From positions 32,001 through 96,000 of the forward strand of contig JAZKFH010000032.1 in NCBI GenBank assembly GCA_040386535.1: a stretch of 64,000 nucleotides of DNA, written 5' to 3'. Position numbers and translations under genes: made by a program. The notes under the pieces were generated by a model that saw nothing but the letters and a program-made list of their open reading frames with translations, made no database searches and was not told the origin of the DNA. The DNA comes from Myxococcota bacterium (GTDB lineage Bacteria > Myxococcota_A > UBA796 > SXON01). Positions 48,549 through 58,146 of the stretch are shown here, piece by piece; position 1 is the stretch's first letter; every line of letters begins with the position of its first letter.

Positions 48549-51500
48549 ATGCTTGCACGCATCATCGACTGGAGCGGCCGGAACCGCTTCCTCGTGATCC
48601 TCGCCTCGCTCCTCGCGACCGCCGCCGGACTCCTGGCCGCGCTCCGGAGCCCGATCGACGCCATCCCCGACCTGTCCGATCCGCAGGTCATCGTCTTCTC
48701 CGAGTGGATGGGCCGCTCGCCGCAGCTCGTCGAGGACCAGGTCACCTACCCGCTCGTCACGGGGCTCCAGGCGCTCCCCGGCGTCAAGGCGGTCCGTGGC
48801 TTCACGATGTTCGGAATGTCGTTCACCTACGTGCTGCTCGAGGAGGGCGTGGATCCCTACTGGGCGCGGACGCGCGTGAGCGAGCGGCTGGATGTGCTGA
48901 AGCCCCGCCTTCCGCCTGACGTGGAGGTCTCCCTCGGGCCCGACGCCTCCGCCGTGGGCTGGGTGTACCAGTACGTCCTAGTGGACCGGACGGGGAAGCT
49001 CTCCGTGGCGGACCTGCGCACGCTCCAGGACTGGACCCTCCGCTTCGCGCTGGAGGGCGTCGACGGCGTCGCTGAGGTCGCGACGCTGGGCGGCTTCGAG
49101 AAGCAGTACCAGGCGGTCCTCGACCCCGAGCGCATGCGGGCCGCGGGCATCACCACGAGCGACGTCACCTCGGCGCTCGCACGGAACAACCGCGACGTCG
49201 GCGGCCGCGTGATCGAGGAGGCCGGCCGCGAGTTCTACGTGCAGGGACGAGGCCTCGTCGGGGACCTCGCCGACCTCGACCGCGTCCACGTCGGGCTGGA
49301 CCCACGGGGCACCCCCGTCGCGCTCGGCAGCGTCGCCAGCGTGGAGATCGGGCCCGACATCCGCCGGGGGATCGCGGACCTCGACGGCAAGGGCGAGGCT
49401 GTCGGCGGGCTGGTCGTCGCGCGGCAGGGGGAGAACGCGCTCGCCGTCATCGACGCGGTCAAGGCGCGCCTCGCAGAGGTTCCGCTCCCCGACGGCGTGG
49501 AGATCGTCCCCGTCTACGACCGCTCCGACCTCATCCGGGGCTCCGTCGCGACGCTGTTCGAGTCCATCGGCGAGGAGATCCTGATCATCGCCCTCCTCCT
49601 CGGCGTCTTCCTCCTCCACGCACGCTCGGTGCTCGTCCCGATCCTCGTCCTCCCGTGTGCCATCGCCGTCGCGTTCATCCCCATGTACTTCATGGGGTTG
49701 ACCATCAACATCATGTCGCTCGCGGGCATCATCATCGCGATCGGGGACATGGTCGACGCGGTCGTGCTCCTCGTCGAGAACGCGGCCAGGCGCATCGAAG
49801 ATCACCCGGAGGAGGACCGCACCGAGGTCGTCCTCGCGGCCGCCAAGGAGCTCGGCGGGCCGCTCGTGTCCTCGCTCCTCCTCATCGCGGTCAGCTTCCT
49901 GCCCATCTTCGCGCTGGAAGCGCAGGAGGGGCGGCTGTTCACGCCGCTCGCGTGGACCAAGACCTTCGCCATGCTCGCCGCGGCGCTGTTCACGCTCACG
50001 CTCGCCCCGGCCCTCGCCGTGACGCTTCTTCGCGGCAAGATGCCGCGCGAGGCCGCCAACCCCGTGAACCGCGCGCTGCGGGCGCTCTACCGGCCGATCG
50101 TCGGCCTCGCGACCCGCCACCCCTGGCCCTTCATCGCGATCGCCGGGATCGCGACCGCGATCACTGTGCCGGTCTACAACGGGCTCGGCCGCGAATTCAT
50201 GCCGCCGCTCTACGAGGGCTCGCTCCTCTACATGCCGATCACCGTGCCCGGCATCTCCGCGGAGCAGGCCCGCACGCTCTTGCAGGCCCAGGATGCCTTC
50301 CTCGTGAGCATCCCGGAGGTCGCGCGCGTCATCGGCAAGGCGGGCCGCGCGGAGACCGCCACCGACCCGGCGCCGCTGTCGATGTTCGAGACGATCATCA
50401 CGCTGAAGCCGCGCGAGGACTGGCGCCCCGGCGTCACCGTGGACGACATCATCGCCGAGATGGAGGCCGGGTTGGAGTACCCCGGCGTCCAGAACGCCTT
50501 CACCATGCCGATCAAGGCGCGCGTTGACATGCTCACGACGGGCATCCGCACGCCCGTCGGCGTGAAGGTGCTGGGCGACGATCTGCAGACCATCAACGAC
50601 GCCGGCGAGCGCATCGAGGCCGCCCTCCGCGAGGTGCCGGGTACGAGGAGCGTCTACGCCGAGCGCCAGCTTGCGGCGGTGTTCGTGGAGGTCGTGCCGC
50701 GTCGTGACGACGTGCTCCGCTACGGCGCCGCCACCGACGACGTGCTCGACGTGGTCGAGATGGGCCTCGGCGGCATGCCGGTGGGCCGCATCTTCGACGG
50801 ACGGGAGCGCTACTCCCTCATCGCGCGCTTCGGCCGCGACTTCCGGGCCGACGAGGAGGGCATCCGCAGCCTCCCCGTCGCCACGGCCCTCGGCGTGGTC
50901 CCGCTCGGCGCGCTCGCCGACGTGAACCGGGTCCCCGGTCCCGCGATGCTCGTCGACGAAGGCGGGCGGCTCGCGGGGTACATCTACGTCGACCCCGGTC
51001 AGCGCGACCTCGGCGGCTACGTGGACGAGGCCCGCAAGGTGGTCGAGAGCCTCGGGCTCGACCCCTCGCTCCAGATCCAGTGGACCGGCCAGTACGAGTT
51101 CCTCGAGCGCGCCCAGGAGCGCCTCGCGATCATGGCGCCCATCACGATCGTGCTCGTGTTCCTGCTGGTCTACCTCTCCTTCCGGACGATCGGAGAGACG
51201 AGCATCGTGCTCCTGACGCTGCCCTTCTCCGTGCTCGGCAGCATCTGGTTCCTGGCGGCGGCCGACTACGACCTCTCAATCGCTTCCTGGGTCGCGATGA
51301 TCGCGCTCATCGGCGTGGGCGCGGAGGTGGGGATGGTCCTCGCCGTATACCTCGACCTCGGGGTGAAGCGGGCCTTGGAGAAGGGAGAGGTGCTCACCCC
51401 CGCGCGGCTCGCCGAGGTGGCCGCGGACAGCGCCGCCGGTCGCATGCGCGGCATGGTGCTTGCGATCGCGATGAACCTCTTCGGGCTTCTCCCCGTCCTG

Positions 51501-51683
51501 TTCAGCCAGGGCGTCGGCTCCGACATGGCCCGCCGCATGGCCGGGCCGATGTTCGGCGGCCTCGTCACCCTCACGTTCATGACCGCGCTGGTGCTCCCTG
51601 CGATGTGGGTGCTCTGGCGCACGCGGCAGCTCAAGAAAGGCACGCTCGCGGCCTCGTTGGCGGTGTCGAAGGCGCAAGAATGA
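48549..51683 (+). CDS. cusA: CusA Cu(I)/Ag(I) efflux RND permease
   Basis: DAIPDLSD.QVI, LGPDA, Met sites LLYMP, PLSMFET and MPIKARVDML. Confidence 0.95.
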   Translation: MLARIIDWSGRNRFLVILASLLATAAGLLAALRSPIDAIPDLSDPQVIVFSEWMGRSPQLVEDQVTYPLVTGLQALPGVKAVRGFTMFGMSFTYVLLEEGVDPYWARTRVSERLDVLKPRLPPDVEVSLGPDASAVGWVYQYVLVDRTGKLSVADLRTLQDWTLRFALEGVDGVAEVATLGGFEKQYQAVLDPERMRAAGITTSDVTSALARNNRDVGGRVIEEAGREFYVQGRGLVGDLADLDRVHVGLDPRGTPVALGSVASVEIGPDIRRGIADLDGKGEAVGGLVVARQGENALAVIDAVKARLAEVPLPDGVEIVPVYDRSDLIRGSVATLFESIGEEILIIALLLGVFLLHARSVLVPILVLPCAIAVAFIPMYFMGLTINIMSLAGIIIAIGDMVDAVVLLVENAARRIEDHPEEDRTEVVLAAAKELGGPLVSSLLLIAVSFLPIFALEAQEGRLFTPLAWTKTFAMLAAALFTLTLAPALAVTLLRGKMPREAANPVNRALRALYRPIVGLATRHPWPFIAIAGIATAITVPVYNGLGREFMPPLYEGSLLYMPITVPGISAEQARTLLQAQDAFLVSIPEVARVIGKAGRAETATDPAPLSMFETIITLKPREDWRPGVTVDDIIAEMEAGLEYPGVQNAFTMPIKARVDMLTTGIRTPVGVKVLGDDLQTINDAGERIEAALREVPGTRSVYAERQLAAVFVEVVPRRDDVLRYGAATDDVLDVVEMGLGGMPVGRIFDGRERYSLIARFGRDFRADEEGIRSLPVATALGVVPLGALADVNRVPGPAMLVDEGGRLAGYIYVDPGQRDLGGYVDEARKVVESLGLDPSLQIQWTGQYEFLERAQERLAIMAPITIVLVFLLVYLSFRTIGETSIVLLTLPFSVLGSIWFLAAADYDLSIASWVAMIALIGVGAEVGMVLAVYLDLGVKRALEKGEVLTPARLAEVAADSAAGRMRGMVLAIAMNLFGLLPVLFSQGVGSDMARRMAGPMFGGLVTLTFMTALVLPAMWVLWRTRQLKKGTLAASLAVSKAQE

Positions 51684-54073
51684 CGAGCAACGGCCTCCCC
51701 GTCCCCCGCGGACTCACTGGCCCCGACGCCGCCGCGCGGCTCGCCGAGCACGGCCCGAACGAGATCCGCCGCGAGGCCCGCACCCCTCCCTGGCGCATCC
51801 TCGCCCGGCAGTTCGCGAGCCCCATGATCGGGCTCCTCGCCGTCGCCGCCGGCGTCGCGTTCGCGCTCGGCGAGACGGTCGACGCCGTCGCGATCCTCGT
51901 CATCGTGGCGATGAACGGCCTCGTCGGCTTCTTCCAGGAGTACCAGGCGGAAAACGCCGTCCTGGCGCTGCGAGCGATGACCGCTCCGCGTGCGCGCGTC
52001 CTGCGTGACGGGCACGCCGTGGTCGTCCCCGCGCGCGAGATCGTGGTGGGCGACGTGCTCCTCCTGGAGGCCGGTGACCTCGTTGCCGCGGACGCCCACC
52101 TCGTGGAGGCGCATGCCCTCGGGGTGAACGAGGCGCCCCTCACCGGCGAGAGCGTGCCGGTCGAGAAGGACCCCACGCCGCTCCCGGAGGAGACGGCCCT
52201 CGCCGACCGCAAGGACCGCGTGTTCACCGGCACCGCCGTCGTCGCCGGCACCGGCCTGGCCGAGGTCTTCGCGACCGGCATGGACACGCAGCTCGGTCAC
52301 ATCGCCCACCTGCTGGAGACCGCCGAGGAGCAGGCGACGCCGCTCCAGGCACGGCTCGAGGTCGTCTCACGCACGCTCATCAAGCTCTGCCTCGGGATTG
52401 TCCTGCTCGTGGCCATCCTCGGCTTCGTGCGCGGGATGAGCTGGCTCGAGGTGCTCCTCTCCTCCGTCTCGCTCGCCGTGGCGGCCGTGCCCGAGGGCCT
52501 GCCCGCGGTCGTGACCATCGCGCTCGCCGTGGGCGTGCAGCGGATGGCGGCCCGGAACGTACTCGTGCGCCGCCTGCCCGCCGTGGAGACGCTCGGATCG
52601 GCTACCGTCGTGTGTACGGACAAGACGGGGACCCTGACCACCGGGCAGATGACGGTGCGCGAGCTCTGGGGGGAGAACCACCCGGCCCTGCTCTTCGCCG
52701 GAGCCGCCAACAACGACGCCGACCTTCCCGCCGGCACGGGCGACCCGACGGAGCTGGCCCTGCTCGAAGCCGCGCACGAACGGGGCGTCGAGCGCGAGGA
52801 CATCGAGCGGGAGCACCCCCGCGTGCACGTGAACCCCTTCGATTCCGAGCGGAAGCGCATGTCCATCCGGCGGGCGGACGGCGTGCTCTACGTCAAGGGC
52901 GCGCCGGACCTCACCATCCCGCTCTGCACGCACGGTACGGCGGGCGCCCTCGAAGCGAATGCGGAGATGGCCGAGCGCGGCCTGCGCGTGCTCGCGATCG
53001 CCACGGGCACGGGCGACGACGAATCCGACCTCACGCTCCTCGGCCTGGTCGGCATCGCGGATCCGCCCCGCACCGAGGCGATCGAGGCGGTGGCGAACGC
53101 GCGCGCCGCCGGCATCATGACGGTGATGATCACGGGCGACCACCCGGTGACCGCCCGGGCCATCGCCCGCGAGCTCGGAATCCTCCGGCCCGGCGAGCGC
53201 GCCGAGGAGCGCGTCCATGCGCGGGTGACCCCCGAGGAGAAGCTCCGCATCGTGCGCGCCCTGAAGGCGAAGGGCGAGGTCGTCGCGATGACGGGGGACG
53301 GCGTGAACGACGCCCCGGCGCTCCGCGAGGCGCACATCGGCATCGCCATGGGGAAAGCCGGCACCGAGGTGACGCGCGAGGCCGCCGACATGGTGCTCGC
53401 GGACGACAACTTCGCCAGCGTCATCGCGGCGGTGAGCGAGGGACGGGGGATCTTCGACAACATCCGCAAGACGCTCGTGTACCTGCTCTCCGGGAACGCC
53501 GGCGAGCTGCTCGTGATGCTCGGCGCCGCCATCGCAGGACTGCCCCTCCCACTCCTCCCGATCCAGCTCCTCTGGATCAACCTGGTGACCGACGGACTCC
53601 CGGCGCTGGCGCTGGTCGTGGATCCTACGGACGCGGACGTGCTCAAGCGTCCGCCCCGGAAGCCGGAAGAGCCGATGCTCGGCCGCCCCGAGTGGACGAC
53701 CGTGGCGTTCACCGGGCTGCTGCAGGCCGTCGTCGCGCTGGGAGTGTTCGCCTGGGTGCTGCGGGAGGAGGGGCTCGCCGAGGCCCGCAACATGGGGTTC
53801 ACGACGCTCGTGTTCGGTGAGCTGTTCCGTGCCTTCGCGGCGCGGAGCCGGACGAAGCTGTTCTGGGAAGTGGGTGCGTTCAGCAACCTTCGCCTCCTCG
53901 GGGTCGTCGTGTTCTCGGCCGCGCTCCAGATCGCCATGCACCACGTCCCCGTCGCGCAGGAGATCTTTGGGCTCACGCCCATCTCGCTTCGCGACTGCCT
54001 GCTCTCCATCGCGCTGGGGCTCATCCCCGTGAGCGTGCTGGAGCTCTCCAAGCTCTACGGGAGGCGCGCGTGA
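51680..54073 (+). CDS. P2A-type (Ca2+-like) cation-transporting ATPase, compact (797 aa)
   Basis: TGES, PEGLP, DKTGT, FDSERKRMS, KGAP, GDGVND, LWINLVTD; ATGA overlap with cusA. Confidence 0.93.
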   Translation: MTSNGLPVPRGLTGPDAAARLAEHGPNEIRREARTPPWRILARQFASPMIGLLAVAAGVAFALGETVDAVAILVIVAMNGLVGFFQEYQAENAVLALRAMTAPRARVLRDGHAVVVPAREIVVGDVLLLEAGDLVAADAHLVEAHALGVNEAPLTGESVPVEKDPTPLPEETALADRKDRVFTGTAVVAGTGLAEVFATGMDTQLGHIAHLLETAEEQATPLQARLEVVSRTLIKLCLGIVLLVAILGFVRGMSWLEVLLSSVSLAVAAVPEGLPAVVTIALAVGVQRMAARNVLVRRLPAVETLGSATVVCTDKTGTLTTGQMTVRELWGENHPALLFAGAANNDADLPAGTGDPTELALLEAAHERGVEREDIEREHPRVHVNPFDSERKRMSIRRADGVLYVKGAPDLTIPLCTHGTAGALEANAEMAERGLRVLAIATGTGDDESDLTLLGLVGIADPPRTEAIEAVANARAAGIMTVMITGDHPVTARAIARELGILRPGERAEERVHARVTPEEKLRIVRALKAKGEVVAMTGDGVNDAPALREAHIGIAMGKAGTEVTREAADMVLADDNFASVIAAVSEGRGIFDNIRKTLVYLLSGNAGELLVMLGAAIAGLPLPLLPIQLLWINLVTDGLPALALVVDPTDADVLKRPPRKPEEPMLGRPEWTTVAFTGLLQAVVALGVFAWVLREEGLAEARNMGFTTLVFGELFRAFAARSRTKLFWEVGAFSNLRLLGVVVFSAALQIAMHHVPVAQEIFGLTPISLRDCLLSIALGLIPVSVLELSKLYGRRA

Positions 54074-54104
54074 ACAAGGTTCCAGGTCTGGAGGCCACCG
54101 CCTC

Positions 54105-54692
54105 ATGGACAGCGCCGTCGCCCTCGCCCAGCTCTACCTCCGCGTCAACGGGTACTTCACCGTGACCGAGTACCCCGTCGTCGAAGCCTCTCGGTGGGGC
54201 GGCACGCGCTCGCTCACCGATGTGGACATCCTCGCGTTCCGCTTCCCGGGCTCCGGCCGGCTCGTCGGCGAGCGCTTCGTCACGGACCCTGCGCTCCGCT
54301 GCCCGCCGGACCAGCCCGACATGCTCATCGGCGAGGTGAAGGAGGGCAAGGCGGATCTCAACCGCGCTGCCCGCGATCCGGCCGTGCTCGCCGCGGCGCT
54401 CGCGCGCTTCGGCTGCTGCGGCCCGGACCACGTCCGCGGCGTCGTCCGGGAGCTCCTCGCCCATGGCGAGGCGCGCACCGCGCACGGTCACGGCGTGCGC
54501 CTCGTCGCGTTCGGGGCCTCGGGAGACGTGCCGGGCGTCCTGACGGTCCACTTCGGCCACGTCATCGACTTCCTCCGGACCTACGTCCGGGAGAACTGGG
54601 AGGAGATCATGGCAGGTCGAACGAAGGATCCGGCGCTCGACTGGATCGTCATCGACGAGAAGGCACGGAGGGGTCGTGACCGGGACGAATGA
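54105..54692 (+). CDS. Hypothetical protein with PD-(D/E)xK-like motif
   Basis: GGAGG RBS; YLRVNGYF, TDVDIL, IGEVKEG. Confidence 0.7.
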   Translation: MDSAVALAQLYLRVNGYFTVTEYPVVEASRWGGTRSLTDVDILAFRFPGSGRLVGERFVTDPALRCPPDQPDMLIGEVKEGKADLNRAARDPAVLAAALARFGCCGPDHVRGVVRELLAHGEARTAHGHGVRLVAFGASGDVPGVLTVHFGHVIDFLRTYVRENWEEIMAGRTKDPALDWIVIDEKARRGRDRDE

Positions 54693-55647
54693 CACCGTAC
54701 GGGTCGCGGTCGTCGGGGCTGGCCACGTGGGCGCGACGTTCGCATTCGCGCTCCTGCTCTCCGGGCTCGCCTCCGACATCGTGCTCGTGGACGCCGACAC
54801 GGCTCGGGCCGAGGGCGAAGCCATGGACCTCGACCACGCGATCCCCTACGGTCGCCCTGCGCGGGTCCACGCCGGGGGCCTCGACGCGTGCGCGGGCGCC
54901 GACGTGGTGGTGCTCGCCGCGGGCGCGGGCCAACAGCCCGGCGAGACGCGCCTTGACCTCGCTGCGAAGAACGCCGCCATCTTCCGCGGGCTCGTCCCGG
55001 AGATCGCGCGGCATGCGCCCGAGGCGGTCCTCGTCGTCGCGACCAACCCCGTCGACGTCCTGACGCTCGGCACCCTGCGCATGTCGGGGTTCCCTCCCGC
55101 GCGGGTGATCGGCTCCGGGACGATCCTCGACACGGCCCGCCTCCGCTTCCTCCTCGGCCGCCACTTCGGCGTGGAAGCGCGGAGCGTGCACGCCCACGTG
55201 GTCGGGGAGCACGGCGACAGCGAGGTCGTCGTGTGGTCGACCGCCAACGTCGCGGGCGTTCCGCTCGACGAGCTGTGTCGCGCCGGCACGCCGGGTTCGT
55301 TCGGGGGCGCATGCGGCCCGGACGAGCGCGCGGAGATCGCCCGCCAGACGCGCGTGGCCGCGTACGAGATCATCCGTCGGAAGGGCCACACGGCCTACGC
55401 CATCGGCGCCGGCCTCGTGCGCCTCGTAGAGGCCATCGTCCGCGACCAGAAGACGGTGCTCTCGGTGTCGACGCTCCAGGAGGGCCCCTACGGGCTGTCC
55501 GGCGTGTGCCTGAGCCTCCCGACGGTCATCGGGCGAACCGGCGCCGAGCGCGTGCTCCCGCTGCCGCTCGCGCCGGACGAGCAGGCCGCCTTGCTCCGCT
55601 CGGCGGAGACCATCCGGGAGGCGGGCATCGCCGTGGGGTTCGCGTGA
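54676..55647 (+). CDS. ldh: L-lactate dehydrogenase
   Basis: GAGHVG, QQPGETRLDL, NPVD, GTILDTAR, GEHGDS. Confidence 0.95.
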   Translation: MTGTNDTVRVAVVGAGHVGATFAFALLLSGLASDIVLVDADTARAEGEAMDLDHAIPYGRPARVHAGGLDACAGADVVVLAAGAGQQPGETRLDLAAKNAAIFRGLVPEIARHAPEAVLVVATNPVDVLTLGTLRMSGFPPARVIGSGTILDTARLRFLLGRHFGVEARSVHAHVVGEHGDSEVVVWSTANVAGVPLDELCRAGTPGSFGGACGPDERAEIARQTRVAAYEIIRRKGHTAYAIGAGLVRLVEAIVRDQKTVLSVSTLQEGPYGLSGVCLSLPTVIGRTGAERVLPLPLAPDEQAALLRSAETIREAGIAVGFA

Positions 55648-56609
55648 GGATCGCCGTGCTCACGAGCGGCGGCGACGCGCCCGGGATGAACGCGGCGATC
55701 CGGGCCGTCGTCCGCACCGTGGACGGCGCGGGAGGCGAGGCAATGGGCGTCCGCCACGGCTTCGCGGGGCTCCTGGCGGCGGACTGGCTGCCCCTCGGGG
55801 CGCGGGATGTTGGCGGCATCGTCGACCGCGGTGGCACGATGCTCGGCAGCGCGCGCTGCCCTGAGTTCCGGAACACCGACGCCCAGGAGCGTGCGGCGTC
55901 CAACCTCCGCGCGGCGGGCATCGACGGCGTCGTGGTCATCGGGGGCAACGGCACCCAGACCGGAGCGAACGCGCTCGCGCGCCTAGGGTTGGCGGTGAAC
56001 GGCGTGGCCTCGACCATCGACAACGACCTCGAGGGGACGGACATCACCCTCGGCGTCGACACCGCGTTGAACGTGGCCTTGGAATCGGTGGACCGCCTGC
56101 GCACCACAGCGGCGTCGCACGACCGCGCCTTCCTCGTCGAGGTGATGGGCCGCGACTGCGGCTACCTCGCCGTCGCCACCGCGATCACCGGCGGCGCGGA
56201 GGCAGTAGTCGTGCCGGAACTCCCCACCACCCCGGACGAGCTGGCCGCCACACTCGCGGCCTCGCGCGCACGGGGGAAGCGCCACGCCATCGTGGTCATC
56301 GCCGAAGGGGTTCCCGGCGGCGCGATGGGGTTCGCGCGCGCGTTCGCGGCCCGCCCGGACCTCGGGCTCGATCTGAGAGTGACCATTCTCGGGCACGTGC
56401 TACGCGGCGCCCGGCCCAGCGCGTTCGACCGCCTTCTCGGCACGCGCCTTGGGAACGCCGCCGCCACCGCGATCCTCGAAGGGCGGCACGGAACGCTGTT
56501 CGGGCTCTCCGAGGCGACGATCCGCGCGGTGCCGCTGTCGCAGGTGGCGGGCCGCACACGTCCACTCGATCCCGCGCTCCTCCGGCTGGTGGCGGCAATG
56601 TCCCGATAG
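55644..56609 (+). CDS. pfkA: ATP-dependent 6-phosphofructokinase
   Basis: LTSGGDAPGMN, GGT.LGSAR, TIDND, EVMGR; GTGA overlap with ldh. Confidence 0.95.
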   Translation: MRIAVLTSGGDAPGMNAAIRAVVRTVDGAGGEAMGVRHGFAGLLAADWLPLGARDVGGIVDRGGTMLGSARCPEFRNTDAQERAASNLRAAGIDGVVVIGGNGTQTGANALARLGLAVNGVASTIDNDLEGTDITLGVDTALNVALESVDRLRTTAASHDRAFLVEVMGRDCGYLAVATAITGGAEAVVVPELPTTPDELAATLAASRARGKRHAIVVIAEGVPGGAMGFARAFAARPDLGLDLRVTILGHVLRGARPSAFDRLLGTRLGNAAATAILEGRHGTLFGLSEATIRAVPLSQVAGRTRPLDPALLRLVAAMSR

Positions 56610-56632
56610 CCGTGACCGAACTCGGGGAGGAA

Positions 56633-56671
56633 TGTGACATGCGCTGTTACAGTAGTAGTTGTCCCGTTACT
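56633..56671. promoter_or_regulatory. Recurrent palindrome copy (TGTGAC-N7-GTTACA) plus a second half-site
   Basis: Best match to the consensus; GTTACT repeated 20 bp on; AT-richer spacer. Confidence 0.6.
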
Positions 56672-56893
56672 ACCAATGATAAATCGCCGACAAGGCTCGA
56701 CCGGAAAGCATGTAACGAAGTGTACCCATAAGGTGCATCCATGACAATTCGTCTATTTCGTAGTGCACGCCTGCCTTCACGGAGGCGATCGCAAGGATGA
56801 ACCAGTGTATTGGCCCATCCTACCAGCGCCGACCTCCAAACAGCGCGACCGCTCCCCAATCGTTACAGCGGCGACGCGACCCACGGAACATCC

Positions 56894-57541
56894 ATGCCGA
56901 CCTCTCCTGTCATCACCTTGATCCTCCTGTTCGCCGCCTGCGAGGGCACCTCTGCCGACCCGGCGGCCGAGCCCGCTCACCCCGCGATCCACAGCTCGAC
57001 GCCGAACGTGACGCCCGAGGCGCTGGGACCCGAAACGGCGTCGTCCGACCGGATGTTCCTCGAGATGATGGTCCCCCACCACGAGGGCGCCGTGGACATG
57101 GCCCGGATCGCCCTCGAACGCGCCGAACACCCCGAGATCAAGTCCCTCGCCGAGAGCATCATCGCCAGCCAGGAGGCCGAGGTCGCGACGATGTCGGCGT
57201 GGCGCAAGGCCTGGTTCGGCAGCAATGCGGCCCCGGCGCAGGGCGGGAGCATGGAGCATTCAGGGATGTCTGGCAACGCGGGCATGGCCGACATGACCAA
57301 GTCGATCGAGGCCCTGAAGACCGCCAAGCCTTTCGACCTCGCGTTCATCGACGCCATGATTCCGCACCACCAGGATGCGCTCCGGATGGCCGAGGATGTG
57401 CGCGCCAAGACCGAACGCCCGGAGATCAAGGAGCTCGCCGATCGGATCACCGCCGCCCAGAAGAAAGAGATCGACCAGATGCAGGAGTGGCGCAAGGCGT
57501 GGTTCCCGACGGCCGAGCCCGCCCCCGGCATGAAGCACTGA
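56894..57541 (+). CDS. DUF305 (CopM-like) copper-binding lipoprotein
   Basis: Two D..F...M.PHH..A..MA...I...Q..E...M repeats; FAAC. Confidence 0.92.
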   Translation: MPTSPVITLILLFAACEGTSADPAAEPAHPAIHSSTPNVTPEALGPETASSDRMFLEMMVPHHEGAVDMARIALERAEHPEIKSLAESIIASQEAEVATMSAWRKAWFGSNAAPAQGGSMEHSGMSGNAGMADMTKSIEALKTAKPFDLAFIDAMIPHHQDALRMAEDVRAKTERPEIKELADRITAAQKKEIDQMQEWRKAWFPTAEPAPGMKH

Positions 57542-57573
57542 CCTCGCGGCCGCCCTCAATGTAGCGTCGGACC

Positions 57574-57762
57574 TCACTTCTTCGGCGGCGCGCCCAGCCT
57601 CACGACGTAGCTGCGCGGATTCTCGTCGAAGCTTCCCGCGCACACATGGGAGCAGAAGTAGTACGTGCGGGCTTGAAACTCCCGCCTGGCCGCGGCCGTG
57701 CGCGGCTCCACGTCCATCCCGCAAACGAGGTCCTTCACGGCCTCCAGCGTCTCGACGGGCAT
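57574..57762 (-). CDS. YHS domain protein
   Basis: KDLVCGMDV...YYFCS..C...F..NP..Y; AAGGAGG RBS. Confidence 0.88.
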   Translation of the reverse strand: MPVETLEAVKDLVCGMDVEPRTAAARREFQARTYYFCSHVCAGSFDENPRSYVVRLGAPPKK

Positions 57763-57822
57763 CGAGTCCCTCCTTCACGTCTGGATGCGCGCATTCCTGC
57801 CACCTGACAACCCGCGGTCCGA

Positions 57823-58146
57823 TCACTCGTGCCGGCGCAACACCTTCAGGTAGTGCACCAGCGCGTCCATTTCCTCGGCGTCGATCTTGTCCGGCCCAAA
57901 CGCAGGCATCGCCCCGAGGCCCAGCCGCGTCTGCGCCCGGATCGCGAATCCCGGCAGCGGCTTCTCGTTGAGCGACCAACCGAGGCCACCCTCTCCGAAG
58001 GGGTGGCACTGATGGCAATACTGCAGGAACACCTGCTCCCCGCGAAGGGACACCTCGTCGAGCGCGAGCGGTCCCGCGATGGGCTCGGTCCGGCGCGGCG
58101 TCAGACAACCCGCCAGCAGGACCAGGAACAGGAACAGGTGCCTCAT
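57823..58146 (-). CDS. Monoheme cytochrome c lipoprotein
   Basis: LAGC; CHQCH; GAMPAF; ATGA overlap. Confidence 0.88.
   Translation of the reverse strand: MRHLFLFLVLLAGCLTPRRTEPIAGPLALDEVSLRGEQVFLQYCHQCHPFGEGGLGWSLNEKPLPGFAIRAQTRLGLGAMPAFGPDKIDAEEMDALVHYLKVLRRHE

Noticed and set aside
54105..54692. PD-(D/E)xK-like protein as a defence nuclease
   Set aside because: The motif is weak, codon usage is host-like, and it sits in a metabolic operon with no defence partners
56633..56651. Recurrent palindrome as a CRP/FNR box
   Set aside because: Half-sites are 3 bp further apart than TGTGA-N6-TCACA in every copy
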